DNA of 64,000 nt from Spirochaetia bacterium (GCA_963662265.2 CAXXHA010000029.1:160954-224953); one strand, 5' to 3'; shown: positions 53,695 to 64,000, counted from the first letter of the stretch. Made by a program: numbers and translations. The notes: generated by a model not told the origin, from the sequence alone.

Positions 53695-55167
53695 TTATTC
53701 CTGTCTTCCCCTGTACCTGTACATGAATTTGAGCATTTTTTTTGAATGGAGGCTGAATTCCTTTTCATTGTATATGGAATCTGCCGCTGATTTATAGGCT
53801 GCTCCAACTGCGGGATAGGGATATACCGGAGAAAGAATATCCATGAATTTCAGTTTCCTGTTAAAAGCAATTATAGAAGGAATAAGAAGCTGGTCAGCAT
53901 TGGGCCCTGCTATCTGTGTGCCGATTATTCTGTCCCTGCTGTCAATCAGTATTTTTATCCGTCCGCTGTTTTCAAGTTCCGGATAATCGGAAACAGCAAC
54001 CCTGAATTTTATTCCAGCTTTTTCAGCATTCCTGACATTGTATCCGATAGATGCTGTACCCGGATCTGTGTATGTGCACCATGGAATGTTGAGATAGTTG
54101 AATTTTCCGGGCATTTTCATTTCAAGTGTATTCAGAAGATATGAAGCTTCTGCCCCTGCAACATGTGTATAAAGGAATTTCCCGTTTACATCTCCGATAG
54201 CATAGATATTTTTACTTTCAGTTCGCAGGTGGTCATCTGTCCTGATAAAACCGTTTACAGTATTTATTCCCGCCTTGTTGAGTTTCAGTGTTTCTGTATT
54301 GCCTCTTCTTCCGGCTGTAATCAGCAGTGAATCTGCCATAAGCTGATTTTCAGTTCCCCTGTAATGTCCTTCAGCATTTTTGTAATAGACAGTTTTAATA
54401 TGGCCTTTCTGCTCAACCTTCATTACAGTAACATTTTTAATGAATTTTATACCTTCGGCTTCGAGTGCTGATTCAACAAGTTCTGCAATATCACTGTCAT
54501 GTCTGCCAAGGATCTGATCCTTCTGTTCAAGTATTGTCACACTGACACCCATACGTGCCATTGCCTGACCCATAATAGTACCTTCAATTCCTCCGCCGAT
54601 TATTATCATCTCTCCGGGAAGCTTGTTCATGCTGAAGAAATCAAGGTTTGTCATGTAATCTGTCTTATTGAGACCTAAAATATCAGGTATATATGGTCTG
54701 CTTCCTGTTGCAATGATTATCTTGCCGGAACTGAGAATATCGCTGACACCGGGATCTTTACTGAGACCTGTATCAAGCTGCCATTTGTTAAGGAATTTCG
54801 GACTGCAGTGCAGGACCTCTGCCCCGAGATCTGTCAGCCTTTCCTCGCTGTCATAAAGCTCGTTCTGCTCAATCACATCATTAACCTGGTCCATAACCGA
54901 TCTTATATCCGGTTCAGGTGTTTTAAACATTGAAGATTTATAAAGTTCGGAATTAACAGTATTTGAATACATGGCAGAAAATTTAATAAGATTTTTTGCA
55001 GGTATACACCCGTTGTAAAGGCAGTTGCCCCCGACTTTTTTGTTTTCAAGCAGAATTGTCTTTAATCCGAGTCTGGAAGCCCCTTCAGCAAGTGTCAGCC
55101 CTGCGGTTCCCCCACCGATAATTATTATATCGTGAGTGAAATCTGTAATATGATTATATTCTTTCAT
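53695..55167 (-). CDS. Flavoprotein disulfide reductase (Lpd/MerA-like)
   Basis: IIGGGTAG, GGNCLYNGCIP redox disulfide, ATGS, YAIGDV; YPYP replaces the Lpd HPT motif. Confidence 0.85.
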   Translation of the reverse strand: MKEYNHITDFTHDIIIIGGGTAGLTLAEGASRLGLKTILLENKKVGGNCLYNGCIPAKNLIKFSAMYSNTVNSELYKSSMFKTPEPDIRSVMDQVNDVIEQNELYDSEERLTDLGAEVLHCSPKFLNKWQLDTGLSKDPGVSDILSSGKIIIATGSRPYIPDILGLNKTDYMTNLDFFSMNKLPGEMIIIGGGIEGTIMGQAMARMGVSVTILEQKDQILGRHDSDIAELVESALEAEGIKFIKNVTVMKVEQKGHIKTVYYKNAEGHYRGTENQLMADSLLITAGRRGNTETLKLNKAGINTVNGFIRTDDHLRTESKNIYAIGDVNGKFLYTHVAGAEASYLLNTLEMKMPGKFNYLNIPWCTYTDPGTASIGYNVRNAEKAGIKFRVAVSDYPELENSGRIKILIDSRDRIIGTQIAGPNADQLLIPSIIAFNRKLKFMDILSPVYPYPAVGAAYKSAADSIYNEKEFSLHSKKMLKFMYRYRGRQE

Positions 55168-55248
55168 ATAGATCCCCCTCTATATATAGTATAATTTAAA
55201 AAAACAAAATTCGAAGTTTTAATGATGAAAATCTTTCAAAATGTTTTC

Positions 55249-55276
55249 TTGACATACAGATATTAGCATGTAGAAT
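55249..55276 (+). promoter_or_regulatory. Sigma70 promoter of the ornithine operon
   Basis: TTGACA-N16-TAGAAT. Confidence 0.65.
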
Positions 55277-55364
55277 TTAAGTTGTACGGTACTGGAGCAG
55301 CACCTGGTTTTTTACTTCATTTAACACGGCCGTGAAAATTTTACCGCGGAGTTTTTGATATAAA

Positions 55365-56429
55365 GTGAAAAGACTGATTAAAACTGTTATCTGGGGTTTC
55401 GGTGCAATGGGAAGCACTGTGGCAGATATTCTGCTGGATAAGAAAGGGATTGAAATAACCGGTGTCTGTGACAGAAATCCGGACAATATCGGAAAAGATT
55501 TTATTTCAGTCCTTGGACGTGACGACAAAATCAACAATAAAAAAGTAATCATAGAAAGTGATATAGAAAAAATCATAAAACCGGGATCAGCCGACATCCT
55601 GATTCTTGCAACAGACTCATTCACGGAAAAAGCCTTTCCAAAAATAAAATACATTCTTGAAAACAGGATTAATATCATATCCACTGCTGAAGAAATGTCA
55701 TACCCATCTGCATCAGAGCCTGAAATAGCTTCTGCCATAGATCTTGCTGCAAGGGAAAACAATGTGTCTGTACTTGGTACAGGAATAAATCCCGGATTTA
55801 TAATGGACCTGATGGTTGTAATGCTTACAGGTGTATGCAGGGATGTAAGTAAAATAAATGTTGAAAGGATAAACAGCCTTTCTCCTTTCGGTCCTGCAGT
55901 GATGGAGGAACAGGGGGTGGGACTTTCTCCTGAAGATTTTGAGAAAGGTATTAAAAGTAAAACTCTTGCCGGTCATGTTGGATTTAACGAGTCTGTAAAG
56001 ATGATATGTGATGCTGTCGGATGGAAAGCTGATGGAAAACCGGTTCAGACAATGAAAGCAATAATATCAAATACAGAGCGGAAAACCAAATATACAAGTA
56101 TTAAACCGGGAGAAGCTGCAGGATGCCGCCAGGAAGGAAGGGGATTTGTAGGCGGCAGGGAGATGATAACTATGATTCATCCGCAGCAGATTGAACCGGA
56201 ATCTGAAGGTGTTGATACAGGTGATTACATAAAAATCAGGGGTGTTCCCGACATCAACCTCTCAATAAAGCCTGAAATACCCGGGGGAACAGGGACTGCC
56301 GCAATCTGCGTCAACATGATACCTCATGTTATAAACGCAAATCCCGGTCTCAAGACAATGCTTGATCTTCCTGTACCCAGGGCTGTACTGGGCGATATGA
56401 GGGAATATATAGACAGGGATATTGAATGA
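55365..56429 (+). CDS. ord: 2,4-diaminopentanoate dehydrogenase
   Basis: IWGFGAMGS, STAEEM, GTGINPG, LSPFGPAVMEEQGVG, HPQQIEP, PVPRA. Confidence 0.93.
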   Translation: MKRLIKTVIWGFGAMGSTVADILLDKKGIEITGVCDRNPDNIGKDFISVLGRDDKINNKKVIIESDIEKIIKPGSADILILATDSFTEKAFPKIKYILENRINIISTAEEMSYPSASEPEIASAIDLAARENNVSVLGTGINPGFIMDLMVVMLTGVCRDVSKINVERINSLSPFGPAVMEEQGVGLSPEDFEKGIKSKTLAGHVGFNESVKMICDAVGWKADGKPVQTMKAIISNTERKTKYTSIKPGEAAGCRQEGRGFVGGREMITMIHPQQIEPESEGVDTGDYIKIRGVPDINLSIKPEIPGGTGTAAICVNMIPHVINANPGLKTMLDLPVPRAVLGDMREYIDRDIE

Positions 56430-56633
56430 TCTGAAAGATATAACTGATACAGGCAAGAGTTCGCATATGATATAAAGGTTTTTTATCATTAGGCTGCTGT
56501 GCAGAATTCTTGAGGCAGCATCAAAAGGCGGAATGCAAGTTCAAGTTGAGGAGTGAAGGAATTATGGTAATTGTTACTCCTTATTATATGGAGAGAATCT
56601 TCCCTGATAATAAAAATAAAAGGAGAATGTTTG

Positions 56634-57002
56634 ATGGAAAGAAGTGATGACTATGAAAAAAGATCTGAGCATCTTAAAAATCTTACAGAAGAGCAACTTG
56701 AAAAAAGGTTCTGGGAACTTGCCGACCAGATAACTTCTCCGCTTATTAAACTTGCTCAAACCCATACATCGCCCTCGATTGAGAGGTCTGTGCTTCTGAG
56801 AATGGGTTTCAGCAGCATTGAATCTGCCTCCATAGTAAAGCAGGCTTCAGACAAATTGCTGCTGGGAAAGGGGGCAGGACACATAGTTTATGCAGTATCA
56901 TTAGTGACCGGAAAGCAGGTTTATGAAGCAGGAGCAGCCCTTGCAGAGGGTGTTGGCTGGGAAGATGCTGAAAAATATTTCAGAGAGAGGGGGATGAAAT
57001 GA
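56634..57002 (+). CDS. oraS: D-ornithine 4,5-aminomutase subunit S
   Basis: MERSDDYEKR, RFWEL, TSPSIERSVLLRMGFSS, GKGAGH; SD AGGAG. Confidence 0.93.
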   Translation: MERSDDYEKRSEHLKNLTEEQLEKRFWELADQITSPLIKLAQTHTSPSIERSVLLRMGFSSIESASIVKQASDKLLLGKGAGHIVYAVSLVTGKQVYEAGAALAEGVGWEDAEKYFRERGMK

Positions 57003-59324
57003 GTGAAAAAAAAACACACCAGAAGTCTTCTTTAAAAGATGAAAGAAATAACGGAAAAAATAAATCAGGAATAATAAAAAACAGATCTGGAGAGAATTCT
57101 TCCGGTAATCAGAATATACAGAACATGCTGCCTCTCGAAGCAGACAGAAAAATTGATATAGAAGCACTCTTATCCGGCCTTGAAAACTACACCCCCAGGA
57201 GAAGGGGCTGGACCTGGAGAAAGCCGCATCCTTACCAGAAGCTTGAAGATTTTACATACTATGAAACATCTGAAAACCTTGAAAATAACCAGCCCCTGCC
57301 GGCTGCCCATTACTTTAACAGCATCGATCCGCAGCCTCTGTGCTGCATAACAACTGAGATTGCCTCGGGACGTTTCGAGGATGATATCCGCCGTATGAGG
57401 ATGGCTGCGTGGCACGGCGCCGACCACCTTATGGTGATAAGGACTGCAGGGCAGAGCCATATTGACGGTCTTATAGAAGGTACTCCGCAGGGAATCGGCG
57501 GCGTGCCTATAACACGCAAGCAGATCCGCGCCCAGAGAAAAGCGCTTGATTTAATCGAGGATGAAGTGGGGAGGGAGATAAACTACCACTCCTATGTAAG
57601 CGGTGTTGCAGGGCCTGAGATTGCAGTTCTTTTTGCGGAAGAGGGTGTCAACGGGGCGCACCAGGATCCACAGTATAATGTCCTCTACCGTAACATCAAC
57701 ATGGTGAGGAGTTTTGTGGATGCCGCTGTTGCAAAGAAAATAATGGCATGGGCAGGCATGGCCCAGATAGACGGAGCCCACAATGCAAACGCAACAGCGA
57801 GAAAGGCATGGAAGGTAATGCCGGAACTTATTGTGCAACACGCGATAAATTCCCTCTTTTCAGTAAAGGCGGGGATTAAAAAGGAAAATATCTGCCTTTC
57901 AACTGTACCGCCCACAGCGCCCCCCGCGCCCTGCATGAGGATTGACCTTCCGTATGCAATTGCCTTACGTGAAATATTCAAAGGCTACAGGATGCGGGCT
58001 CAGCAGAATACCCGTTATATGGGATCATCTACAAGGGAAGCTGTTGTGACGCATACATTAAACATACTTATATCTGAACTTACAAGCGCTGATATTCAGT
58101 CGACAATAACTCCCGACGAGGGACGAAACGTCCCATGGCATATCTACAATATTGAAGGAGTTGATACTGCAAAACAGGCTTTTGCAGCAATGGACGGGCT
58201 TAAAAGCATGGTAGAGGTGAAGAGGAACTCAAAAGATATCAAGGAGAAGGTGAGAGAGCTTAAAGAGCGGGCAGTACTCTTCATGGAGGAGATGATTGAA
58301 GCAGGAGGGTATTTCAGGGCGGTTGAAGATGGATTTTTTGTGGATTCAGGATGCTATCCTGAAAGAAACGGAGACGGGATATTCAGGCAGGCTGAGGGGG
58401 GAATTGGAGCAGGATCAGTTGTTGAGAGGGATAAAGACTACATGGCGCCTGTTACAGCACATTTCGGCTACAATAACCTTGCACCTTTCGGTGAAGATGC
58501 TTTGAAAAATCCGTCATCCCTCATTGGGGGCTGTACATTTGAAAAAAGGGAAAAAATTAAATATATAGATGAGCTAGATGATAATGACAATGTAAATAAA
58601 AGGCTTTCAGACACTGCGGAACTCAGGAAGGGAAATCTTGTAAAGCCTGAAATGGAATGGCAGGGCGACGGGATAATACATCTTAACATGTTTTTTCCGC
58701 TTGACAGGAAAAAAGCATCTGCAGCAGCTCTTGAGACTGCTATAAGGATGGGCCTCACAGAGTGCGAAATTATTCACACCGAAGTCATGTGCCCTGCCGA
58801 AGGATGCAGGATAGAGATAAAGGGGAAGGTTGATTTTACAATTGATATTGATGAACTTGATATTCCGATCGAACCCGACATAATGAGCGATGATGAGATA
58901 AGGAAAGCTGTGAAGAATAAACCATTCAAAGTAGTAGCAGCTACTGTGGGAAATGATGAGCATTCAGTTGGACTACGGGAGATACTTGATATCAAGCACG
59001 GGGGACTTGAAGGTTTCGGTATTGAATGCATATACCTGGGAACTTCTGTCCCTGTCGAAAAACTTGTTGATGCGGCAGTTGAAACCGGCGCTGATGCAAT
59101 AATCGCGTCAACAATTATAAGCCACGATGATATACATTATAAAAACATGAAAAAACTCAGTGACTACTGCATCGAAAGGGGTGTCAGGGAGAAATTCCTC
59201 ATTGTATGCGGCGGTACACAGGTTTCTCCCGATGTAGCAGTAAAACAGGGAGTTGATGCAGGTTTCGGAAGGGGGAACAAAGGGAATTGATGTGGCCTCT
59301 TTCCTTGTAAAAAACAGGTTATGA
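56999..59324 (+). CDS. oraE: D-ornithine 4,5-aminomutase subunit E (AdoCbl/PLP); frameshift near the C-terminus
   Basis: RRGWTWR, TTEIASGRFEDDIRRMRMAAWHGADH, DEHSVG cobalamin motif, DIKHGG PLP lysine. Removing one G at 59271-59275 gives GRGTKGIDVASFLVKNRL*, overlapping the next ATG. Confidence 0.95.
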
Positions 59325-60709
59325 TAGTAGATATTCTTGTTGCTGAAATAGGGAGCACCACAACAAAGGTAAACTGCTTCGATAAGATAGGAACTCAAAA
59401 ACCGGTATTTCTCGGGCAGGGGATGTCGCGCACAACTGTAGAAGAGGGGGATGTCGGAAAAGGGCTTGAAGAGGCAATTGAAAATCTGAAGAAAAAGCTT
59501 CATGTGTCAAGCCTGTCATGCCACAGGTTTTACGGTTCAAGCAGCGCCGCGGGTGGCCTTAGAATGTCTGTGCACGGCCTGGTGCGTGAAATGACAGTAA
59601 GGGCTGCCAGGGAGGCAGCGCTCGGCGCAGGGGCAAATATCTTACTTGTAACTGCAGGGAAGCTGAAAAAGCGCGATCTTGACAATATAGAAAAAACAAA
59701 GCCGAACATAATAATGATATCAGGTGGAGTTGACTCGGGTGATACAGAAACACAGATCTTCAACAGTGAAACTATCTCCTGTTTTCTAAAAGAGAGAAAC
59801 CTTGTCATACCTGTTCTCTATGCCGGGAACAGCGATATAAGAGAGGATGTTGCTGATATTTTCAGAAGTGAAAACCAGGATATAACAGCAGTTGAGAATG
59901 TATATCCCCAGATTGACCGGCTTGTCGCAGACCCTGCGCGAAAAGTTATTCATGACCTTTTTGAAAAACATATTATTCATGCGCCCGGAATGTCAGAAAT
60001 AAGAAGATTTATTACAGGCGATATACTGCCGACACCGGGGGCTGTGATGCTGTGCGCAAAGCTTTTTGCAGAGAAGAGAGGCAGTGTTGTTGTCTTTGAT
60101 GTGGGGGGAGCAACTACAGATGTTCATTCAGTAACTGACGGCAGCGGAAAATACGAGGCGGAAATATCAACACCTGAACCTGATGCAAAGAGGACTGTGG
60201 AAGGGGACCTCGGGGTTTATGTAAACAGGAAAAACATCCTTGAAATTGCAGGCGAGCATGCTGTTTCAAAAGAGGCTGGAATTGAGAGAAAACAATCTGC
60301 AGAAATTATAGAAAAGCTTGGTTATATTCCAGTTGATTCAATCCAGGAAAGAATAGTTGCAGCACTTGCCTATCATGCTGTAAGGACAGGGCTTGAAAGG
60401 CATGCCGGGAGTATAAAGAATATTTATTCAATTCATGGAAAACACACAGTGCCTGAAGGAAAAGATCTTTCAGCTGTAAGGACTGTAATTGGTACGGGGG
60501 GGGCATTTTCAAGGCTGCGTGAGGGGGAGGAAATACTAAAGAGGGCAATAGGGAAGAAGATCCACAACAGGCTGGTGCCTGATGAAGATGCTGAGATTAT
60601 TATAGACAGGAATTACATAATGTCATCTGTGGGAGTTTTGTCGGTAAAACATCCCGAGGATGCTGAGAAAATTCTGTTTGATAACCTGGAGCGGCAGGGG
60701 AAAAACTGA
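59321..60709 (+). CDS. oraF: GlmL/MutL-type reactivase for ornithine aminomutase
   Basis: LVAEIGSTTT, SSAAGGL, DVGGATTDVHS, KRTVEGDLG. Confidence 0.9.
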   Translation: MIVDILVAEIGSTTTKVNCFDKIGTQKPVFLGQGMSRTTVEEGDVGKGLEEAIENLKKKLHVSSLSCHRFYGSSSAAGGLRMSVHGLVREMTVRAAREAALGAGANILLVTAGKLKKRDLDNIEKTKPNIIMISGGVDSGDTETQIFNSETISCFLKERNLVIPVLYAGNSDIREDVADIFRSENQDITAVENVYPQIDRLVADPARKVIHDLFEKHIIHAPGMSEIRRFITGDILPTPGAVMLCAKLFAEKRGSVVVFDVGGATTDVHSVTDGSGKYEAEISTPEPDAKRTVEGDLGVYVNRKNILEIAGEHAVSKEAGIERKQSAEIIEKLGYIPVDSIQERIVAALAYHAVRTGLERHAGSIKNIYSIHGKHTVPEGKDLSAVRTVIGTGGAFSRLREGEEILKRAIGKKIHNRLVPDEDAEIIIDRNYIMSSVGVLSVKHPEDAEKILFDNLERQGKN

Positions 60710-62524
60710 TGGGTGCACCGGGACTTACAATAGATCTTGAGCAGCTTGAAAATAATGCTGCTGCTGTAGTCGCATTCTGCGCTGATTACGGTATTGAAGT
60801 GACAGGTGTGACGAAAGCGGTCTGCGGCATGCCTCAGGCAGCAAAAGCCATGATAAGGGGCGGTGTAAAAGGGATAGGGGAATCCCGTCTTGAAAACATA
60901 AACCGCCTGAGATCTTCGGGGGTAAGTGAACCTGTAATGCTGCTCCGCATCCCCCCAATAACAGAAGTTGATGATATTGTTGCTTCAGTCGATATAAGCC
61001 TTAATTCAGAGCTTTCTGTGCTGAGGGCTTTATCTGATGCCGCGCTGAGAAAGGAAAAAACTTCATAAAGTCATACTCATGGTGGACCTCGGAGACCTGA
61101 GGGAGGGGATATGGCCTGAGGATCTTCTCCATGCTGTACACGAGACAATAGATATGGGCGGTATAGAGATAATAGGGCTTGGAACAAATCTCACCTGCTA
61201 TGGAGGGGTCCTCCCTTCAGCAAAAAACATGCAGATGCTTGTGGACTGGTCCAAAAGAATTGAAGATAATTTCTCAAGAAAAATGCATATCCTTTCAGGT
61301 GGGAATTCATCATCCCTGCCGCTGATACGATCTGGTAAAATGCCTGAAGAAATAAACCATCTCAGAATCGGGGAGGCAATACTGCTTGGCAGGGAAACTG
61401 TTTTCCGTAAAAAATGGCCCGGTACAGGGCAGAAAGTTTTTCTTCTTTCATCAGAACTGATTGAAGTTAAGAAAAAACCTTCAGTACCAATAGGGGAAAC
61501 AGGGGAAGATGCATTCGGCAACAGGCAGGAATTTCCCGACAGGGGAGAAATGCTCAGGGGAATCCTGAATATAGGAAGGGAGGATGTTGATATTGATGGG
61601 CTTACCCCTGTCGACCCCGGCATATCAATTCTGGGCGCTTCAAGCGATCATCTTTTGATAAATCTTACAGAAAGCGAAACAGATTACTCTGTAGGTAACC
61701 GGATATCGTTTATACCCAACTATTCCGCCCTCCTTGCCTCAATGACTTCAGCCTATGTTGAAAAGCTGCCTGTAAACAATGAGTCGGCCAGGGAATCAAA
61801 TATACTGTTTTTTCACAGGATAGAAGGTATTACCTCAGACCGAGAATGGCGCCTTTTAACGAGGGAGCTTGGCTATGAGCCACATCTTTTCAGGCGGGAT
61901 TTTGATTTTGAAAAAGATGAATTTATCAAAGGGGCAAAGGCAGTAACAGACAGCAGTTCAATGACTTTAAAGATTCCTATGCTCGGGAAATCAGTAAAAA
62001 CACTTGGCCTTCTGTGGATTTCCGATTCCCCTTCGCTTGATGAGGCAGAATCAGGAAGTACGCTGCTTAAAAAAATTATGGAAAAGGGAACAGAGGAAGG
62101 ATGGCTTGATACTGAAAACATAGTACTGCTGGGACTTCAGCAGGCTGGGAAAAGAGAGCGGGAAATAATTAAAAGCAGCCGTCTCAAGGCATTTACAATG
62201 GAGGATGTAGATCTTCAGGATATAAAGCAGATAATGCACCAGGCTTTGAGAAAAACATCATCCGGTACCTGCGGGCTTGCTGTATATTACAATCCTTCAG
62301 TAAGCGACAGGGGAAACCGCGGTTTTACTGACAGGGAAACGCACCTGATTATGGAAATGACAGCAGGTTCAGGTAACCTTAAAATGATATCTGTTGAAAT
62401 TGATGAGAGAAGCAGAGGAAAAAAAGGGAATAAAACTGAAGCAGCAGGAAGTGATAAAACAAGGGACAGGAGAATAAAATCATTTATCCTGTCTGCCCTG
62501 GGAAAGAGAATTCTTGATTTATAA
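60709..62524 (+). CDS. orr: Ornithine racemase fused to a degenerate arginase-like domain (about 604 aa after frameshift correction)
   Basis: GVTKAVCG, MVDLGDLREG, TNLTCYGG, SGGNSSS, LRIGE, GASSDH. One extra A at 61055-61060. The C-terminal ~250 aa are arginase-like. Confidence 0.85.
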
Positions 62525-62531
62525 AACCGAA

Positions 62532-63788
62532 TCAGTGCAGTATCTTGTTGCTTATGGCACTCGAAAGTCTTCTCAGCGCCGCAATATATGCCGCAGTTCT
62601 CATATCTGTATCGTGGGACTGATACTCGCTGTATACATTTTCAAATGCATTGACAATCTTTATTTTAAGCTTTTCGTTTACATCTTCCTCTGTCCAGTAA
62701 TAACCAGCCTTGTTCTGAACCCACTCGAAATAGCTGACAATTACACCGCCTGAGTTTGCAAGAATATCAGGTATAAGTGTTATATTGTTCCTGTGAAGAA
62801 TTTCATCAGCTTCCAGAGTTACAGGTCCGTTTGCAAGTTCGCATATTGTTTTTGCCCTGATTCTGTCAGCATTCTCTTCAGTTATCTGGTTCTCTATTGC
62901 TGCCGGTATCAGTATATCAACATCAAGTTCCAGAAGTTCACTGTTTGTTATTGACTTGATATCGTTTCCAAGTTTATCTGCAAGTAAGCTGCCGTTTTCA
63001 GCTTTTACCCTGAAAGCTTCCTGAGGATCAAGACCTTTGCTCCTGCTGCAGTAAACAGCGCTTTTTGAATCGCTTACAGCTACTATCCTTGCCCCGTCCC
63101 TGTGGAGAAAATCTGCAATATAGAATCCTGCGTTTCCGAATCCCTGAACAGCTACTTTAAGTTTTTTAATATCAAGGTTTCTTTTTTTTATATATTCCCT
63201 GAGAAGGAAATAACCTCCCATAGCAGTTGCTTCACGCCTTCCGAGCGATCCCCCTATGCTTATAGGTTTTCCGGTCAGTATCTGCGGAATGCTTTCACCT
63301 GCAATTTTATTGTATTCATCAGACATCCATCCCATTATTGTGGGATTTGTATAAACATCAGGGGCGGGAATATCTTTTTCAGGGCCAATGAAATCAAACA
63401 TCGCATCGATAAATCCCCTGCTCAGTTTTTCAAGTTCAGTTTCTGAAAGTTTCTTCGGATTGACAACTATGCCGCCCTTGCCGCCGCCGTAGGGTATATC
63501 TGCGACAGCGCATTTAAATGTCATCCAGAAAGCAAGAGCCTTGACCTCATCCAGAGTTACAGCCGGATGGTACCGTAGTCCCCCCTTTGTAGGTCCCCTC
63601 GCATCGTTATGACGAACCCTGTAGCCTGTAAAGATTTTCAGTTTACCGTTATCCAGCCTGACAGGTATGGATACTTCCTTGCATTCCTTGCAGTTTAAAA
63701 TAGTTTCAACAACATCATCCCCGATATCAAGAAAGGCAAGAGCTCTCTGAAACTGCCTTTTTGCATTTTCAAACAGTGATTTTTTCAT
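62532..63788 (-). CDS. gdhA: Glutamate dehydrogenase (Glu/Leu/Phe/Val family)
   Basis: RGPTKGGLRYHP, GGGKGG, DIPAPDV, QGFGNAG, ELANGP, SYFEWVQN. Confidence 0.95.
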   Translation of the reverse strand: MKKSLFENAKRQFQRALAFLDIGDDVVETILNCKECKEVSIPVRLDNGKLKIFTGYRVRHNDARGPTKGGLRYHPAVTLDEVKALAFWMTFKCAVADIPYGGGKGGIVVNPKKLSETELEKLSRGFIDAMFDFIGPEKDIPAPDVYTNPTIMGWMSDEYNKIAGESIPQILTGKPISIGGSLGRREATAMGGYFLLREYIKKRNLDIKKLKVAVQGFGNAGFYIADFLHRDGARIVAVSDSKSAVYCSRSKGLDPQEAFRVKAENGSLLADKLGNDIKSITNSELLELDVDILIPAAIENQITEENADRIRAKTICELANGPVTLEADEILHRNNITLIPDILANSGGVIVSYFEWVQNKAGYYWTEEDVNEKLKIKIVNAFENVYSEYQSHDTDMRTAAYIAALRRLSSAISNKILH

Positions 63789-63809
63789 ATCTTTCCCCTT
63801 ACAATATAA

Positions 63810-63838
63810 ATGATATGATGAGAGGGGAATTATATCAA
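63810..63838 (-). promoter_or_regulatory. Promoter of gdhA
   Basis: TTGATA-N17-TATCAT, then SD AAGGGG. Confidence 0.6.
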
Positions 63839-63863
63839 ATAATCAGTATAAGCCTGGTCCGGT

Positions 63864-64000
63864 TCAATACTTTATTATGTAAATGCTGCTGTTTTTTGTG
63901 GAAAGTTTTATGTCTGTGCTGCTGCCGCTGAAATCGCCTTTTGCTGTTATTTTTTTTGTTTTTTCAGGGTTGTCCCTTGTAATATCAACAGGGAAATCTG
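63864..64000 (-). CDS. 3' end of a gene entering from the right edge, DUF4097/adhesin-like C-terminus
   Basis: Open frame DFPVDITRDNPEKTKKITAKGDFSGSSTDIKLSTKNSSIYIIKY*. Confidence 0.5.
   Translation of the reverse strand, partial: DFPVDITRDNPEKTKKITAKGDFSGSSTDIKLSTKNSSIYIIKY

Noticed and set aside
53695-55167. Mercuric reductase MerA or true dihydrolipoamide dehydrogenase
   Set aside because: No C-terminal Cys-Cys pair, no mer genes, and no HPTxxE motif.
56430-56633. ortA remnant, lysine riboswitch or T-box between ord and oraS
   Set aside because: I found no OrtA-like translation and none of the conserved riboswitch or T-box motifs.
59271-61060. Programmed frameshifting in oraE and orr
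   Set aside because: Single extra bases in G5 and A6 runs match the error pattern elsewhere in the window, and the uncorrected Orr would be truncated to 119 aa.

Overview
Core-chromosome segment of an AT-rich, probably free-living anaerobic spirochaete (inferred from the rplU-prp-rpmA-obg-nadD-yqeK-LCP-rsfS ... ispE-spoVG-tRNA-Gln-rplY-pth-tilS-ftsH block, Maf-type and DUF5312-like genes, and AGGxxE-type signal peptides). It holds a Fur-regulated metal/cofactor ABC locus, a beta-propeller HD-GYP sensor, LpoB, pyrimidine and B6 salvage genes, leuA-cimA, argS, lepA, four tRNAs (Gln-CTG, Gln-TTG, two Asp-GTC), two tandem membrane HD-GYP genes, a B12-dependent D-ornithine degradation operon and gdhA. 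Several genes near both ends are split by extra bases, mostly in homopolymers, most likely long-read errors. No intact transposase, prophage or CRISPR array is visible. The main findings are: (1) two adjacent OPRTase (pyrE) paralogues with reciprocal motif losses, one keeping the trans-acting catalytic loop and the other the PRPP/orotate site, suggesting an obligate heterodimer; (2) an unannotated 32-aa Ile/Leu-rich leader peptide with a complete attenuator upstream of leuA-cimA; (3) an ornithine racemase fused to an arginase-like domain lacking its metal ligands, in an ord-oraSEF-orr operon with no ortAB; (4) a Prp protease next to an L27 that has no pro-peptide; (5) several structured intergenic elements and leaderless promoters.
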